Shown here: positions 12,301 through 29,849 of the stretch, piece by piece | Layout of the letters: each line of letters begins with the position of its first letter | Position numbering within the stretch: the first letter of the stretch is position 1 | From: Mycobacterium leprae TN | GTDB taxonomy: Bacteria; Actinomycetota; Actinomycetes; Mycobacteriales; Mycobacteriaceae | Direction of reading: 5' to 3' | NCBI RefSeq assembly: GCF_000195855.1 | Contig: NC_002677.1 | Coordinates: 2,250,001-2,282,000, forward strand | Length of the DNA stretch: 32,000 nt | Made by a program: the position numbers and the translations under genes | Notes under the pieces: generated by a model | What the model was told of the DNA's origin: nothing | The model's database searches: none | The model's input: only the letters and a program-made list of their open reading frames with translations

Positions 12301-12364
12301 AATTATGACAGAACTGAAAGGTACTCAAGGCCACTTCCACCATTCAACTCAGCTTATCACCGCC

Positions 12365-12470
12365 GAGCCTGGTGGCACCAACCAGACCGGCCTCGCCACC
12401 GAGCTCAGCCGACATCACATGCAGGCCAGCCCAAAATCCAGCCGTGCGTAGTTGGCCAATGCCGTGTAGA
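12365..12470. repeat. copy A of a dispersed direct repeat of about 106 bp (partner 31690..31795)
   Basis: Hand alignment: about 10 mismatches in 106 columns with no gaps, same orientation. Confidence 0.85.
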
Positions 12471-12900
12471 AAGCTTCCTCACCGTTGAAGTCTTAGGATA
12501 ACAACACCACAATCATCGGTGTGGCCACGCCCCCTAATCATAGCAGCATACTTAGGATTATCACCGCCCAACGGCATACGGGTGAACACCGAATACCGAC
12601 CGGGGTGGTGGACATAGCTGCAGTAGGAGCAGGCCATAACCAGCACCGCGTCATCGCGAGAACGACCCACGCCGACCCAGTGCAACATCGATGATGCCGT
12701 CGCGGCTCAGCTTGGTCGGGAAAGCCATGGATTTCCCTGCTTTCGCCACGGGCTGGCGTCCACCAGCTGACTGGGGTTCCGGCTGAGCTGACATGGGGGG
12801 CGCACTTCGATTGCGATGACAAGGCTGGGTCACCACCGCTTTTCGGTACACTCTGGATTCAACTAGCGACTCTAGGTAACGAACTCGGTAAAGAATTGCA
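12365..12900 (-). pseudogene. second ROK sugar-kinase relic (paralogous/duplicated C-terminal end; upstream part poorly legible)
   Basis: C-terminal 'LRTAGF...AELGGEAGLVGATRLGG' matches the end of Rv0650-like ROK kinases. 'YAAMIRGRGHTDDCGVVIL' resembles the segment before it. Near-identical at DNA level to 31690..31795. Confidence 0.55.
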
Positions 12901-13009
12901 ACCGGCGTGGAGTGGCTGGCGTCGTGCCGGCCGAACGAGCAAACGCACGTAAGCTCAGTCCAGCTAGACGCCCACTACAGCAAAGAGGCCCGCCGCGAAT
13001 TTGACAACT

Positions 13010-13381
13010 GGTGCCGAGTCGCTGGCTAACTGCGTCATGACCGATCGCTACTACCCCCGCTGCCCCACCACCAAGTACCAAACGCGAACGCCAAAAAAGG
13101 CGATACCCATGTCACCGAGGGAAGCATCGAACAGAGTCTGGACTGCAGCGATTCCACCTTGATGGTCGATAGCCAGGCGAATGTCTTCCGAAAGAAACCT
13201 GCTGAGCGGCCACATTAATTAATAGGCTCGTCCAACACCGTGATAGGAAGACACCGTGCTGAACGGTATCACCGTCTACGGCGGGGACCAGACAGTGTTC
13301 TTCCACAACGGCAAACCGTTCATCAAGAACCGCGACCGCAAACTGGGCATGGTCAACAGACTTCAGCAGGTACCCAGCTAA
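13010..13381 (+). pseudogene. DUF3060-like small protein relic (Rv0680c position)
   Basis: Plus fragments 'GDTHVTEGSIEQSLDCSDSTLMVDSQANVF', 'SSNTVIG', 'NGITVYGGDQTVFFHNGKPFIKNRDRKLGMVNRLQQVPS*'. Confidence 0.6.
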
Positions 13382-13429
13382 CTTACGACACTATCAACAC
13401 CAACGCCTAGTCCAAGGAACCGAGGAACA

Positions 13430-13913
13430 ATGCGCACCCACATCAATGACTCATCCAGGCTGGCAGCGCTAGCCTTGGCGCTTGTGGTTGTACTAACAAC
13501 TTTCGAACTGGCCAGCTGCAACTAGACGGCCCCCAGCTGACTCGTCGACGAAAACCACAAGCAGCGTAAACCACAACGAGCGTCGGAACCGCACCAACGA
13601 CAGGGGATGACTGGCGAACCCGCTATTGCTTCGGTCAAGAGCGGAAAACAATGCACTACGGATCTCTTGGAACCACGACTACCCTCGGCTGCGGCGATGA
13701 CAAATCATTGAACGCGGCCAACTCGATCAACACACTGACCGGCAACGGCACCTGTGCAACGGTAACCATCGGTGGTATGAAGAAAGAAAACCACCTTCGA
13801 CAAAATCGACCAAACACCTAAGCGTACTGGGCCTCGACAACACCATCATGTATAGAGACGACCCGAAGGTAGACAACATCGGCTCGGACAACACAACCAA
13901 CAAGGGTGAATGA
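13430..13913 (+). pseudogene. lipoprotein with DUF3060-like repeats, relic (Rv0679c-like)
   Basis: Lipobox-like 'LALALVVVLTTFELASCN', then 'CGDDKSLNAANSINTLTGNGTCATVTIGG', 'LGLDNTIMYRD'-like and 'KVDNIGSDNTTNKGE*' after frameshifts. Confidence 0.68.
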
Positions 13914-13926
13914 CCCGCTAGCTCAC

Positions 13927-14697
13927 CTCAGGACCCACCCGGGGCGCCATGGCTGCTGCCCCCCGCCCGCGGCGCGTCGAACTCGTGGAAAGCAACGCAC
14001 GAGATACTGGCAAATGCGAAGTCAAACGTCACAGATCCGCGGCATCCCCCCCATTAATGTAGCGCCGACAACCGATCCGATCGCATGCATTGCTGCGGCA
14101 GCACAGGCAGTTAAGCCGCCAGTTCCTCAGCTGCTTTCCTGGCTTCGCCCTCGGGAACGACTCGATCGGCCAAGCCGGTAACTAGCGCTTAGTCGGCTGC
14201 CACCGCGCGGCCGATGAGAATCATGTCCATCAATCCGGCTCTGCCCGATTCGATTAGCCGAGGCAACCTCACAGTACTACCGTCAATTAGCGGCACTTCC
14301 CACCAGTGGAAAAACACCCCGAACACGGCTTTCCTCCTGGGCTACCCGAAAATCACACCACGCAGTTAATTCCAGACTCCCCAGCAACGGCGTAACCACT
14401 CACCACAGCAATCACCGGTTTGGACAACAGCATCCGCTAAGGTCCCATCGACCCGGGACCGCTCGAATGCACGACGTTAGCCTTCGTGGTAGCTAAGACC
14501 TTCAAATCGTCTCTTGCACATAAGGTTTCGCCTTAGCCTCACGATACGGCCATCGACGCTGTGTCGTCGCGGTCGAATTCCTCAAACGCAACGTAGAGGG
14601 CGGCAGCCGTCGGGTCATTGATAACGTTGCGCGCCGACAGCCGGCTGAATGTCACCGTGATCACCAGGACCCTGCGGCTCGACACGCACCGAATTAG
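13927..14697 (-). pseudogene. echA5: enoyl-CoA hydratase relic (EchA5-like)
   Basis: 'RRVLVITVTFSRLSARNVINDPTAAALYVAFEEFDRDDTASMAV', 'GSMGP*RMLLSKPVIAVVSGYAVAG', C-terminal 'AGAGSSHGAPG' after frameshift. Confidence 0.85.
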
Positions 14698-14698
14698 T

Positions 14699-15585
14699 TC
14701 ATATCGTCTCCACGAGTTGAGTTGTGTCATGTCGCTCCGCCAGTTCAGTGGCGAAGTCATAGTAGGCGGCACGCAGCTGGGCACTTGGCTGCCGTGGTGA
14801 CTGCCAGTCCGTCCACGCTGGTGGGGGTGTCGATGATGCTGAGCGTCTACCTGATCGTAGCGCTGATCATGATCACGTTTGCTGATATCGGTAGAGGCGA
14901 TGTACCGTAAGATCCCAAAGAGTGGGGGCGGCACGCCCCGTCGATGAACGGATGGTTCTGAAGCAAGCTGTGCAGCAACACGGCCGCTTTCTCGTGCAGC
15001 ATCGGATATATGTCGTTACCGAACGTAGTAACCTGGAGTCGCAGCCTCCAGGAGGCCGACATCCCGCAGCATATCAGGGCCGACAAACCGACCGGGAACG
15101 TCAGGAGCTGCTGCCATCTCGTATAGCAGCCGGTAACAGTACATGTGGTATAAAATCCCCCAGCGCGCCGGCCAGCTCATCATCCCGATGCACTCGATAG
15201 TCCACCCTCGGACCGCAACCTTGGGATCCAAGTCCAGGTCGAGGTTATCGGTCCACATCCACACCTTTTTAACGCAATTCACTGAAACGCTTTAGTTGCA
15301 CAGGGCAGTTCGCAGTGCGGCCCGACTGCCGGCATCGGCGACAACGCTGGTGACGATCAACAGGACCCAATATCTAGATCACGACCGTACCGATGGGCAC
15401 ATCGCGTCGTCTGGGCTACACTGGCGTGCCAGCAACCGATTGGAGAGCCGATAACCGTCAGCCGGCCGTGGTCATCCACCAGGCAGAGCCGCTCATCGGA
15501 ACCGGCGGTAAACCTGATCAATTTAATCAATCCTCTAGCAGTCGCCGATGCAGGATCGGTAACTGAGCACCACCGAGCGGACAGT
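14699..15585 (-). pseudogene. PaaX-like transcriptional regulator relic (Rv0674-like)
   Basis: 'DGYRLSNRLLARQ', 'LLIVTSVV', 'VWMWTDNLDLDLDPKVAV', '[16 protein letters not shown]', 'RAAYYDFATELAERHDTTQLVETI*'. Confidence 0.82.
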
Positions 15586-16556
15586 CTATTCGTCATGGGT
15601 ACACCTACGAAGCTGGCGGCCATAGTCGCCAAACGGCTTGTCGCGGTATCGCACGGCGTCCCGAAAACCATGCTCAACCGCGCCAACGACGAAAGAATGA
15701 CCCTCAGGCGTGGTGGCCGCAACTCCATAGAAAATGGTACTGACCATTCCTGCTGGTGGCCAAACGCTTGTTACAGCAGAGCGAAATTGAGTGCGAGCTT
15801 GATCACGATCAGCTGGCTGATAGGCATCGCAGCAATGACGGGCCATTAGCCATTGGGTACGCTCATCAAAGTCTTGTGAATCCGGCACTTCGATATCCAG
15901 AGTATCATTCGACAGCTTGCATGCCGGTTGATGTAATCACCAGTGAATAGAAGAAGTTTGACACGCTGATCACTTAGACGATGCGCCCACAGAATCGCAG
16001 AGGGTACCCCATACACACCCGTGTAGACGTATAGCCAATTGCGGCATCAGCGGCGGTACTCACCCTGGTCGGCGTGTAGCGCGATGTCTTCGAGCTACAC
16101 AGCTACGCAGTAACCGTGGATCTTGACCGCAGTCGACTTGTCGGCATGCAGCAAGCTGGAAACCCCGCACATGCACAGGTGCATCATCTGATCATCTGGT
16201 AGTCGAGCAGCAGGCCCCACGGCTGGTTCGCGAAGTGGTTGATGGCCTGTGTCTTGCCGTCCAGCGCAGTGCTTTTGTGTGCGCTACCACCGCCTGTCGA
16301 CGACTGTCCCTCGGCGTAGGCAAACAGGTTCAAAACCCACACAAACGCCCCCGCCACAGCGGGATATCAGAATGACATGTATGTTCGGGTCCACACCGAC
16401 ACCCTCAACCGAGGCGGACAACTCCAGCAGCGGCTCAGCGATGATCGCGTTGTCCTTCGCCGGACGATTGTAGGTAATCCGCACAACCCAGTCGGCGACC
16501 TCGTAGATCATAGTTATCAAGTTGTCAACGTGTACTGTCCTGACTGCGTGAGTCAT
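15586..16556 (-). pseudogene. echA4: enoyl-CoA hydratase relic (EchA4-like)
   Basis: N-term 'NLITMIYEVADWVVRITYNRPAKDNAIIAEPLLELSASVEGVGVDPNIHVILIS', C-term 'GMVSTIFYGVAATTPEGHSFVVGAVEHGFRDAVRYRDKPFGDYGR'. Confidence 0.88.
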
Positions 16557-16566
16557 AGTGTGACTC

Positions 16567-18060
16567 AGATTTTTACCAAGGCACGTTCTAGGATATACAC
16601 AAAATCCAATCCGGTCGGCAGGGTATCTAACACCATCCCACTGACCGTCGAGCCCGGGTGGCCAGGAACGCCTCGGAGATGGCAGAACGCCGGTAGCGCA
16701 CCAGCAACACCCCCCTACAATGCCAGGCAGATGTCCTCTACAACCTTGCGAGCGCAGGTACTGGATAGTTTAAGTTGTAGCCACAACCCTTCTACATAGA
16801 CGTCCAGCCGGGGATCTCCTGACCCGAGGATCCAGCCAAGTCAAACCGAATAGCACCTCGACGCATTCGCGTCTAGGTGGGGCTACCTATGGTACGCAAG
16901 GGTATCTAGTGCGCTGACCGTTTCCTGAACCCTCCCAAATACCCATCAGGTAGCGCCTCTGTCTATTTTCCACGCACCGCATTGTCGGGGAAGCACTGGA
17001 CCCCATCCGCATCACGACTATCGTGGAGTCCCCAACCTCAACGACCAGGGCCTCCAGCACGTTGCACATCAGCTGCTGGTTGATCAGATAGGCACCGAAT
17101 GCCTTTAGCATGCCGCATGGTTCGAGTCACACCGGTACGCATGTGGTGGCACTGCCCAGGGTGGGGTCCAACCCAGATGCGGTTGACCATCTCGATGGTA
17201 TATCGTCAAGTCCCCCACGTCCCTTTTCACTTACTAACCAGGCAGTGACACCGTCGTATTCAAACTCACTCGAGGCAGTGGCATGGTTATTGAGCTGGTC
17301 CTTGAATCGCTGCAAAAGAACATCCTGGTTGCAGGTGCCATCGGGGAGCACCCGCCGACAACATGAAGTACGACAGTCCGGCCGTTGGCAGGGGAATGCC
17401 AAAAAGATGTCGAACATTGATACCAAGATGAACCACTAGTGGCCCGTGAAGCTGCATTTACCGTCGGCGTTTGGGGTCCCGCCTGGGTTCATGCCATCGC
17501 GGACATCGGAGCCCCCTGGGTATCAGTCATAAACATGTCCACGGTAATAACACACGCTTCGTGGTGGCCAGTTTTAGTTCTGGGTCGTACTCGCTACTGG
17601 TCAGCAACAACTCATAGACCGCCACCAACTCGGGAGGTATACCGCAGCGTCAAGATAGTAGCGTAGATCATCGCAATCAGGCACATATGCCCTGGCTCGA
17701 TGGTCCATACCGAGGCCATGATGACAAGCACCACATACGCCCTGGCTACTCGTCGGACCACGGCGCAGCTTACATGCTGTGGGAGATCGCCGTGCGCATC
17801 GTCTCGTAGTGGGCTGGGTCGTATTGCAACTCATCGACGCAGTCACCCACATCGGTCGTAAGTGTGCAGGACAGGGCTGGTTGCGGTCGGTGAGCTCGCC
17901 CCAACGCTGGGCTCATGGTGGGCGTAAATCGCTCCCAACTTCGTTTATCTTCTCAGGCCACACAGACCGCCCTCGCGATTAGGACCTCGACAAGCGCCGG
18001 GAAGATCGCCGGGTTGTAGTGGGCCAGCAGCGTAACCTGATTGGTGGACGACATGTGTGT
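16567..18060 (-). pseudogene. fadE8: acyl-CoA dehydrogenase relic (FadE8-like)
   Basis: 'LLAHYNPAIFPALVEVLIA', 'VDELQYDPAHYETMRTAISHSM', 'PELVAVYELLLTSSEYDP', 'LLQRFKDQLNNHATASSEFEYDGVTAWLVSEKGRG', 'AFGAYLINQQLMCNVLEALVVEV', 'LMGIWEGSGN', 'TLPTGLDFVYILERALVKI*'. Confidence 0.9.
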
Positions 18061-18186
18061 CTGACATGTCCACCTAATACATTAGATTTCTCCGACAATC
18101 GCATAATACACGTCACACTAACGCGGAGGCATTGGGGAAGGGGACCATGAACGCCCTCGAGTAGACGGAGCGATCCCGCTGCTGCG

Positions 18187-18945
18187 TCAGCCGCTGGTCT
18201 TTTCGCGCAAGAACGCAATGTCGTCTTTGCGACCTTCCTCGGCGGTTTCGCAGATCACCGGCGCACCCGCTACCTTGACTGCTGCTACCAGCAACTCGGC
18301 ATCGATTTGACCACTACCCAAGTTGGCGTGACGGTCACGACCAGAACCCGCTTCGTCCTTGGAATCATTGCAGTGCACCAGGTCGATCCGACCAGTGATG
18401 GCCTTGATGCGATCCACAACATGAATCAGCCCCTCGCCAGCCGCCCAAGCATGACAGGTGTCCAGGCAAAAACCGATACCGGTTTCACCAATAACATCCC
18501 AGAGTCGGGCGATGGTATCAAAGCGGCGAGCCATCGCGTGATCGCCGCCGGCCGTGTTTTCGAGGTAGACCGGAACGTCAGTTTGCAGTTGGTCGAGTGC
18601 TTTACGCCAGCGTTGGAAACCATCCTCGAGGTCATTGTCATCGGCGACGTACCCACCATGCACGACCACGGCAGCAGCGCCGATGTCGGCGGCTGCGTCA
18701 CAAGTTTGCTGCAGGATCTTGCGTGATGGGATCCGCACGCGGCTGTTAGCCGACGCGACGTTGATCAAGTAGGGCGCATGAACGTACACCGGCAAAGCCG
18801 TAGCCTTCAGAACATCGGCATCGCTACGCAGTGTGGGCGCCTTCCAGCTCTGCGGGTTACCGAGGAAAATCTGCACTACGTCAGCGCCTTCAACCTCCGC
18901 TGCGGCGAGCGGATCGGTGGAGCTGACATGCGAACCGATGAGCAC
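18187..18945 (-). CDS. end: deoxyribonuclease IV / endonuclease IV (AP endonuclease), GTG start
   Basis: 252 aa intact ORF '[37 protein letters not shown]...[12 protein letters not shown]...[19 protein letters not shown]...[13 protein letters not shown]...[24 protein letters not shown]'. Confidence 0.97.
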   Translation of the reverse strand: MLIGSHVSSTDPLAAAEVEGADVVQIFLGNPQSWKAPTLRSDADVLKATALPVYVHAPYLINVASANSRVRIPSRKILQQTCDAAADIGAAAVVVHGGYVADDNDLEDGFQRWRKALDQLQTDVPVYLENTAGGDHAMARRFDTIARLWDVIGETGIGFCLDTCHAWAAGEGLIHVVDRIKAITGRIDLVHCNDSKDEAGSGRDRHANLGSGQIDAELLVAAVKVAGAPVICETAEEGRKDDIAFLREKTSG

Positions 18946-19234
18946 ACCGCCCAGTTTAGCGAAAGATGCCTACGCCCAGCGCTACCGTCACAATGTGGCC
19001 ATGGGTGTCTAACTCTTTGGGGGCACAACAAGCACCAGCGCCCACGCCGGTGCTGGGAAGCAAGCCACCCGCTGATCCTTGGAAGTCATGCGAGTTCACC
19101 CGTCTACATCAGGCAGATAACCGATAGACGACTTTCGAATTCGGACATAACCGGCACAGACAGATGCGCCAATCAAGTGATGGCTCCTTGGCTGGTGTTA
19201 ATGTCGCGGACGTATTGATGCAGCACACGGAAGA

Positions 19235-19260
19235 GACTCCGGTCACTAACCGGAGTTTTT
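19235..19260 (+). terminator. intrinsic-terminator-like hairpin (8-bp perfect stem, 5-nt loop, T5 on + strand)
   Basis: ACTCCGGT-CACTA-ACCGGAGT-TTTT at 19236-19260, just beyond the rpoC 3' end. The U-tract lies on the + strand; the minus-strand tail is CUCUUCC. Confidence 0.6.
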
Positions 19261-19269
19261 CGTTGCCGA

Positions 19270-23244
<3,975 letters not shown>

Positions 23245-23268
23245 TTAGTGACGATAATGCCAAGTTCG

Positions 23269-26868
<3,600 letters not shown>

Positions 26869-27259
26869 TTAGTTAGGCCGGCGAACAACCCGGCCCAGAT
26901 CTCACGCGCGCAACCGAATAGCTGAGCCACCTAGAGGGCTCGCGCTAAGACCACGGTATCAAAACGGCGGGTGAGGTGGGCAGGAAGTAGCCAGCGCAAG
27001 ACCCAACAATAACGCAGGACGGCGCATTTCTCAACTACCCAATAACAACCGACCCCACGAGGTATAGGCGCTGGCTAGTATCTCGACTTTCCTCGTGTAC
27101 AGATAACTATTCAACAGACTGACCCGTTTAGTCTCTGCCGTCAAGGGGGCAGCGCAGGCAAGTTACGCCAAGTGGCGATAAATGGCCAGAGCGCATCTTA
27201 TGGACCCAGTAAACGCGGTTTGCCTGGATGCCCATCGGGGGATGGCCAGACTAGCGCAC

Positions 27260-28303
27260 TTAGTCGCCGAATTCGTGCGCTTGGTAATTGTGGGCGCCCT
27301 CGAGATCATCGAGGATCGCCGCCTGGGCACCCTTGGGCAGTGTAGGCAACATCGCCCGCACCCGGGCCTGGCGGCGTGCGACCGCTTTGCGCTTCGGCAT
27401 CCCCGGTGTCACGGTGATCTGCGGCGGCACACCCTCGACTTCCTCGGCGCCACCCGCGTAGTGACCTGCTTCGAGCAAAGCTGCCTCTTCAGCCATGGTG
27501 GACTCGTCCTTCTCCTCGGACATCCCAATCGGGCCGATACGACGGCCGTTGAGGAATTGCCGTACAACCGGCTCGTCGCTGGTTAGCAGCACCTCACGGG
27601 GTCCGAACATTACCAGATGCTTGCGGAACAACATGCCCATGTTGTCGGGCACAGTGCGGGCGATGTTGACGTTGTGCGTCACGATTAGGATGGTCGCATC
27701 AATCTGGGCATTGATGTCCATGATCAGCTGACTCAGGTAAGCGGTACGGACCGGGTCCAGACCCGAGTCGGGCTCGTCGCACAGAATGATCTGCGGGTCA
27801 AGAACCAAGGCTCGCGCTAGACCGGCACGCTTGCGCATACCGCCGGAGATCTCGCCGGGGAACTTCTTCTCGTCCCCACCAAGGCCGACCAGCTGCAGCT
27901 TCTCCATGACGATGTCACGGATCTCGCTTTCCTTTTTCTTGGTGTGCTCACGCAATGGGAACGCAGTGTTGTCGTAGAGGTTCATCGAGCCGAACAGCGC
28001 GCCGTCCTGGAATAGCACGCCGAACAGTGTGCGGATCTCGTAGAGTTCCTTGGCTGAACATTCGATGATGTCCGTACCATCAATTAGGATCGAGCCACGT
28101 TCCGGCCGCAACAGACCGATGAGGGACTTCAAGAACACTGATTTGCCGGTACCCGACGGCCCGAGTAACACACTGACCTCTCCTGCGGGAATGTCAAGCG
28201 TGACGTCTTCCCAAATCCTCGAAGATCCAAAAGACTTGGTTAGTCCCTTAACTTCGATCGCAACGCCCATGGGCATCCTTCCGTCGCCACCAATCGCTGC
28301 CAC
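27260..28303 (-). CDS. mkl: ABC transporter ATP-binding protein Mkl (MlaF/Mce-associated type)
   Basis: 347 aa; Walker A 'LLGPSGTGKSVFLKSLIGLLRPERG', signature 'FPGEISGGMRKRAGLARALVLDPQIILCDEPDSGLDP', C-terminal extension typical of mycobacterial Mkl. Confidence 0.96.
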   Translation of the reverse strand: MAAIGGDGRMPMGVAIEVKGLTKSFGSSRIWEDVTLDIPAGEVSVLLGPSGTGKSVFLKSLIGLLRPERGSILIDGTDIIECSAKELYEIRTLFGVLFQDGALFGSMNLYDNTAFPLREHTKKKESEIRDIVMEKLQLVGLGGDEKKFPGEISGGMRKRAGLARALVLDPQIILCDEPDSGLDPVRTAYLSQLIMDINAQIDATILIVTHNVNIARTVPDNMGMLFRKHLVMFGPREVLLTSDEPVVRQFLNGRRIGPIGMSEEKDESTMAEEAALLEAGHYAGGAEEVEGVPPQITVTPGMPKRKAVARRQARVRAMLPTLPKGAQAAILDDLEGAHNYQAHEFGD

Positions 28304-28439
28304 CTGCCCTTATTGTGTGGTGTGAGTCACTGTAGCGCACTATTAAGACAGGACATCACTGTTGCACAGCGCCACGAAAAGCCGGTGCAGCCAAACCTAC
28401 CCGACAACGCGGGGAAGATCGCAGCAGCGCCGCGTCAGA

Positions 28440-29830
28440 CACTTGGCGCCCAGTTGCCGTGACAGCCCATTGGTATTCGCTGGGGCAGATACACCGTGGC
28501 CACCGTCTCGATGGTCGATACATCTAGCCAACAGCAATTAGCCCTCGTTACGGCCACGGTGATACCCCAAGCCCATCAGGACACTGTCGTCTTCGGCGAC
28601 AGCACCCGAATTGATCAAAAAGGACATCTTGCCGAAGAGCAAGTTGGGGGTCGAGCACGCGACGTCGCTGGATCCGCTCGCGTAGTCATGCTTACAGAAG
28701 GACGTCGACATATTGTCTTCCGTGACAAACCCGCCGTCGACGTCGACGATGTAGCCCACATCGGTGCCGATAGCCCGTGCAGTTCTAGTTGATCAGGTGA
28801 AACTCCTGCGACGATCGTCGCGGTATTCGGTGCCGACCTCACCGGTTGTCAGATTGATCCTCCAACGGTCCAGGATGGGCGAGCTCGCTCCGATCGCGGT
28901 CAAACATCCGTTGAGTGGTGCACCATGTCAAGCACCAGCACCTCCACTCCTATCCGGATTTTAGAGTAGGGGTTGAGCAGATAATATACCGTTGAACAGA
29001 TAACATTAGGTAGCAGTGATCGATATTGAGCCACTGGACTGGGGGCTTTACCGGCGGTATTATGTCGCCCTCCACGGGACATAATACCGATGTGCGACGG
29101 ATAGTTCGGGGTACCACATGTATGACCGGCCGACTGCGCGACGCGGTTGGCTCAAGCCGCAACCGGACTGAGGGGGGCGGACTCTTCTCCTATTCACCCC
29201 TGTGGCAGCCTTAGCACCTAAGCAGGCAATTGCAACCAGCTCAGCACAGCCGTACACAGCACCAGCAGTAAGGGGTCGAACATCGCTGGCAGATCATAAA
29301 TTATATAAATTATTGAGTATAATTGCTTGGTCAGCGCAAAGTCATACATCATCGGCTACCCCGACACATTGATGTCAACCGGATGGCGATCGCGACCCTG
29401 GATGTCAATGACCGAGTACTGCAGGGTCCGCTCGCGGGTCAAGCCGGCCGGGCAGCAGCTCACCGGGGGAGGCACAGATAGTCGGGCTGCAGGACCCAGC
29501 GGTAGGCAGTATCAGCAGGCTTTCCTGTCGCACAAAGCTACTCCATACACTATGCCGTCGCGGGGATAGACCAGTGATACGAAGCCGGATCGACCTCGGT
29601 AGGCGATTGGGCCCGTTGCATTAGGTATCGCCTGTCCAGATGCTCTGGAATGCACCCGATCACCGCCAGATCGGTATCAGTCACTTCAGCAGAAACCTGC
29701 TCCAGGAAGTCTTAGGAAGTCTTCGAGATACGGTAATTCTCGGATTCGGCGATTTGCTCGTAAATAACGACTAAAAAATTCTGTAACGCCATTACTTCAA
29801 TGTTACAGAAATGTTACAGACATCATAAAT
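28440..29830 (-). pseudogene. carotenoid cleavage dioxygenase-family relic (Rv0654-like)
   Basis: 'YSVIDIQGRDRHPVDINVSG*PMM' (substrate/iron-region spacing), 'KHDYASGSSDVA', 'INSGAVAEDDSVLMGLGYHRGRNEG', and C-terminal 'STIETVATVYLPQRIPMGCHGNWAPSV*'. Confidence 0.78.
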
Positions 29831-29849
29831 TCTACCAGATAACAAAGTG

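Noticed and set aside
13906-14181. Small plus-strand proline/arginine-rich ORF between the DUF3060 relic and echA5
   Set aside because: Covers the antisense of the echA5 relic C-terminus; no start context or family match.
27180-27245. Short near-repeat 'ATGGCCAGAGCGCATCTTA' / 'ATGGCCAGACTAGCGCACTTAG' downstream of mkl
   Set aside because: Too short and imperfect to distinguish from chance in GC-rich DNA; not called as a repeat.
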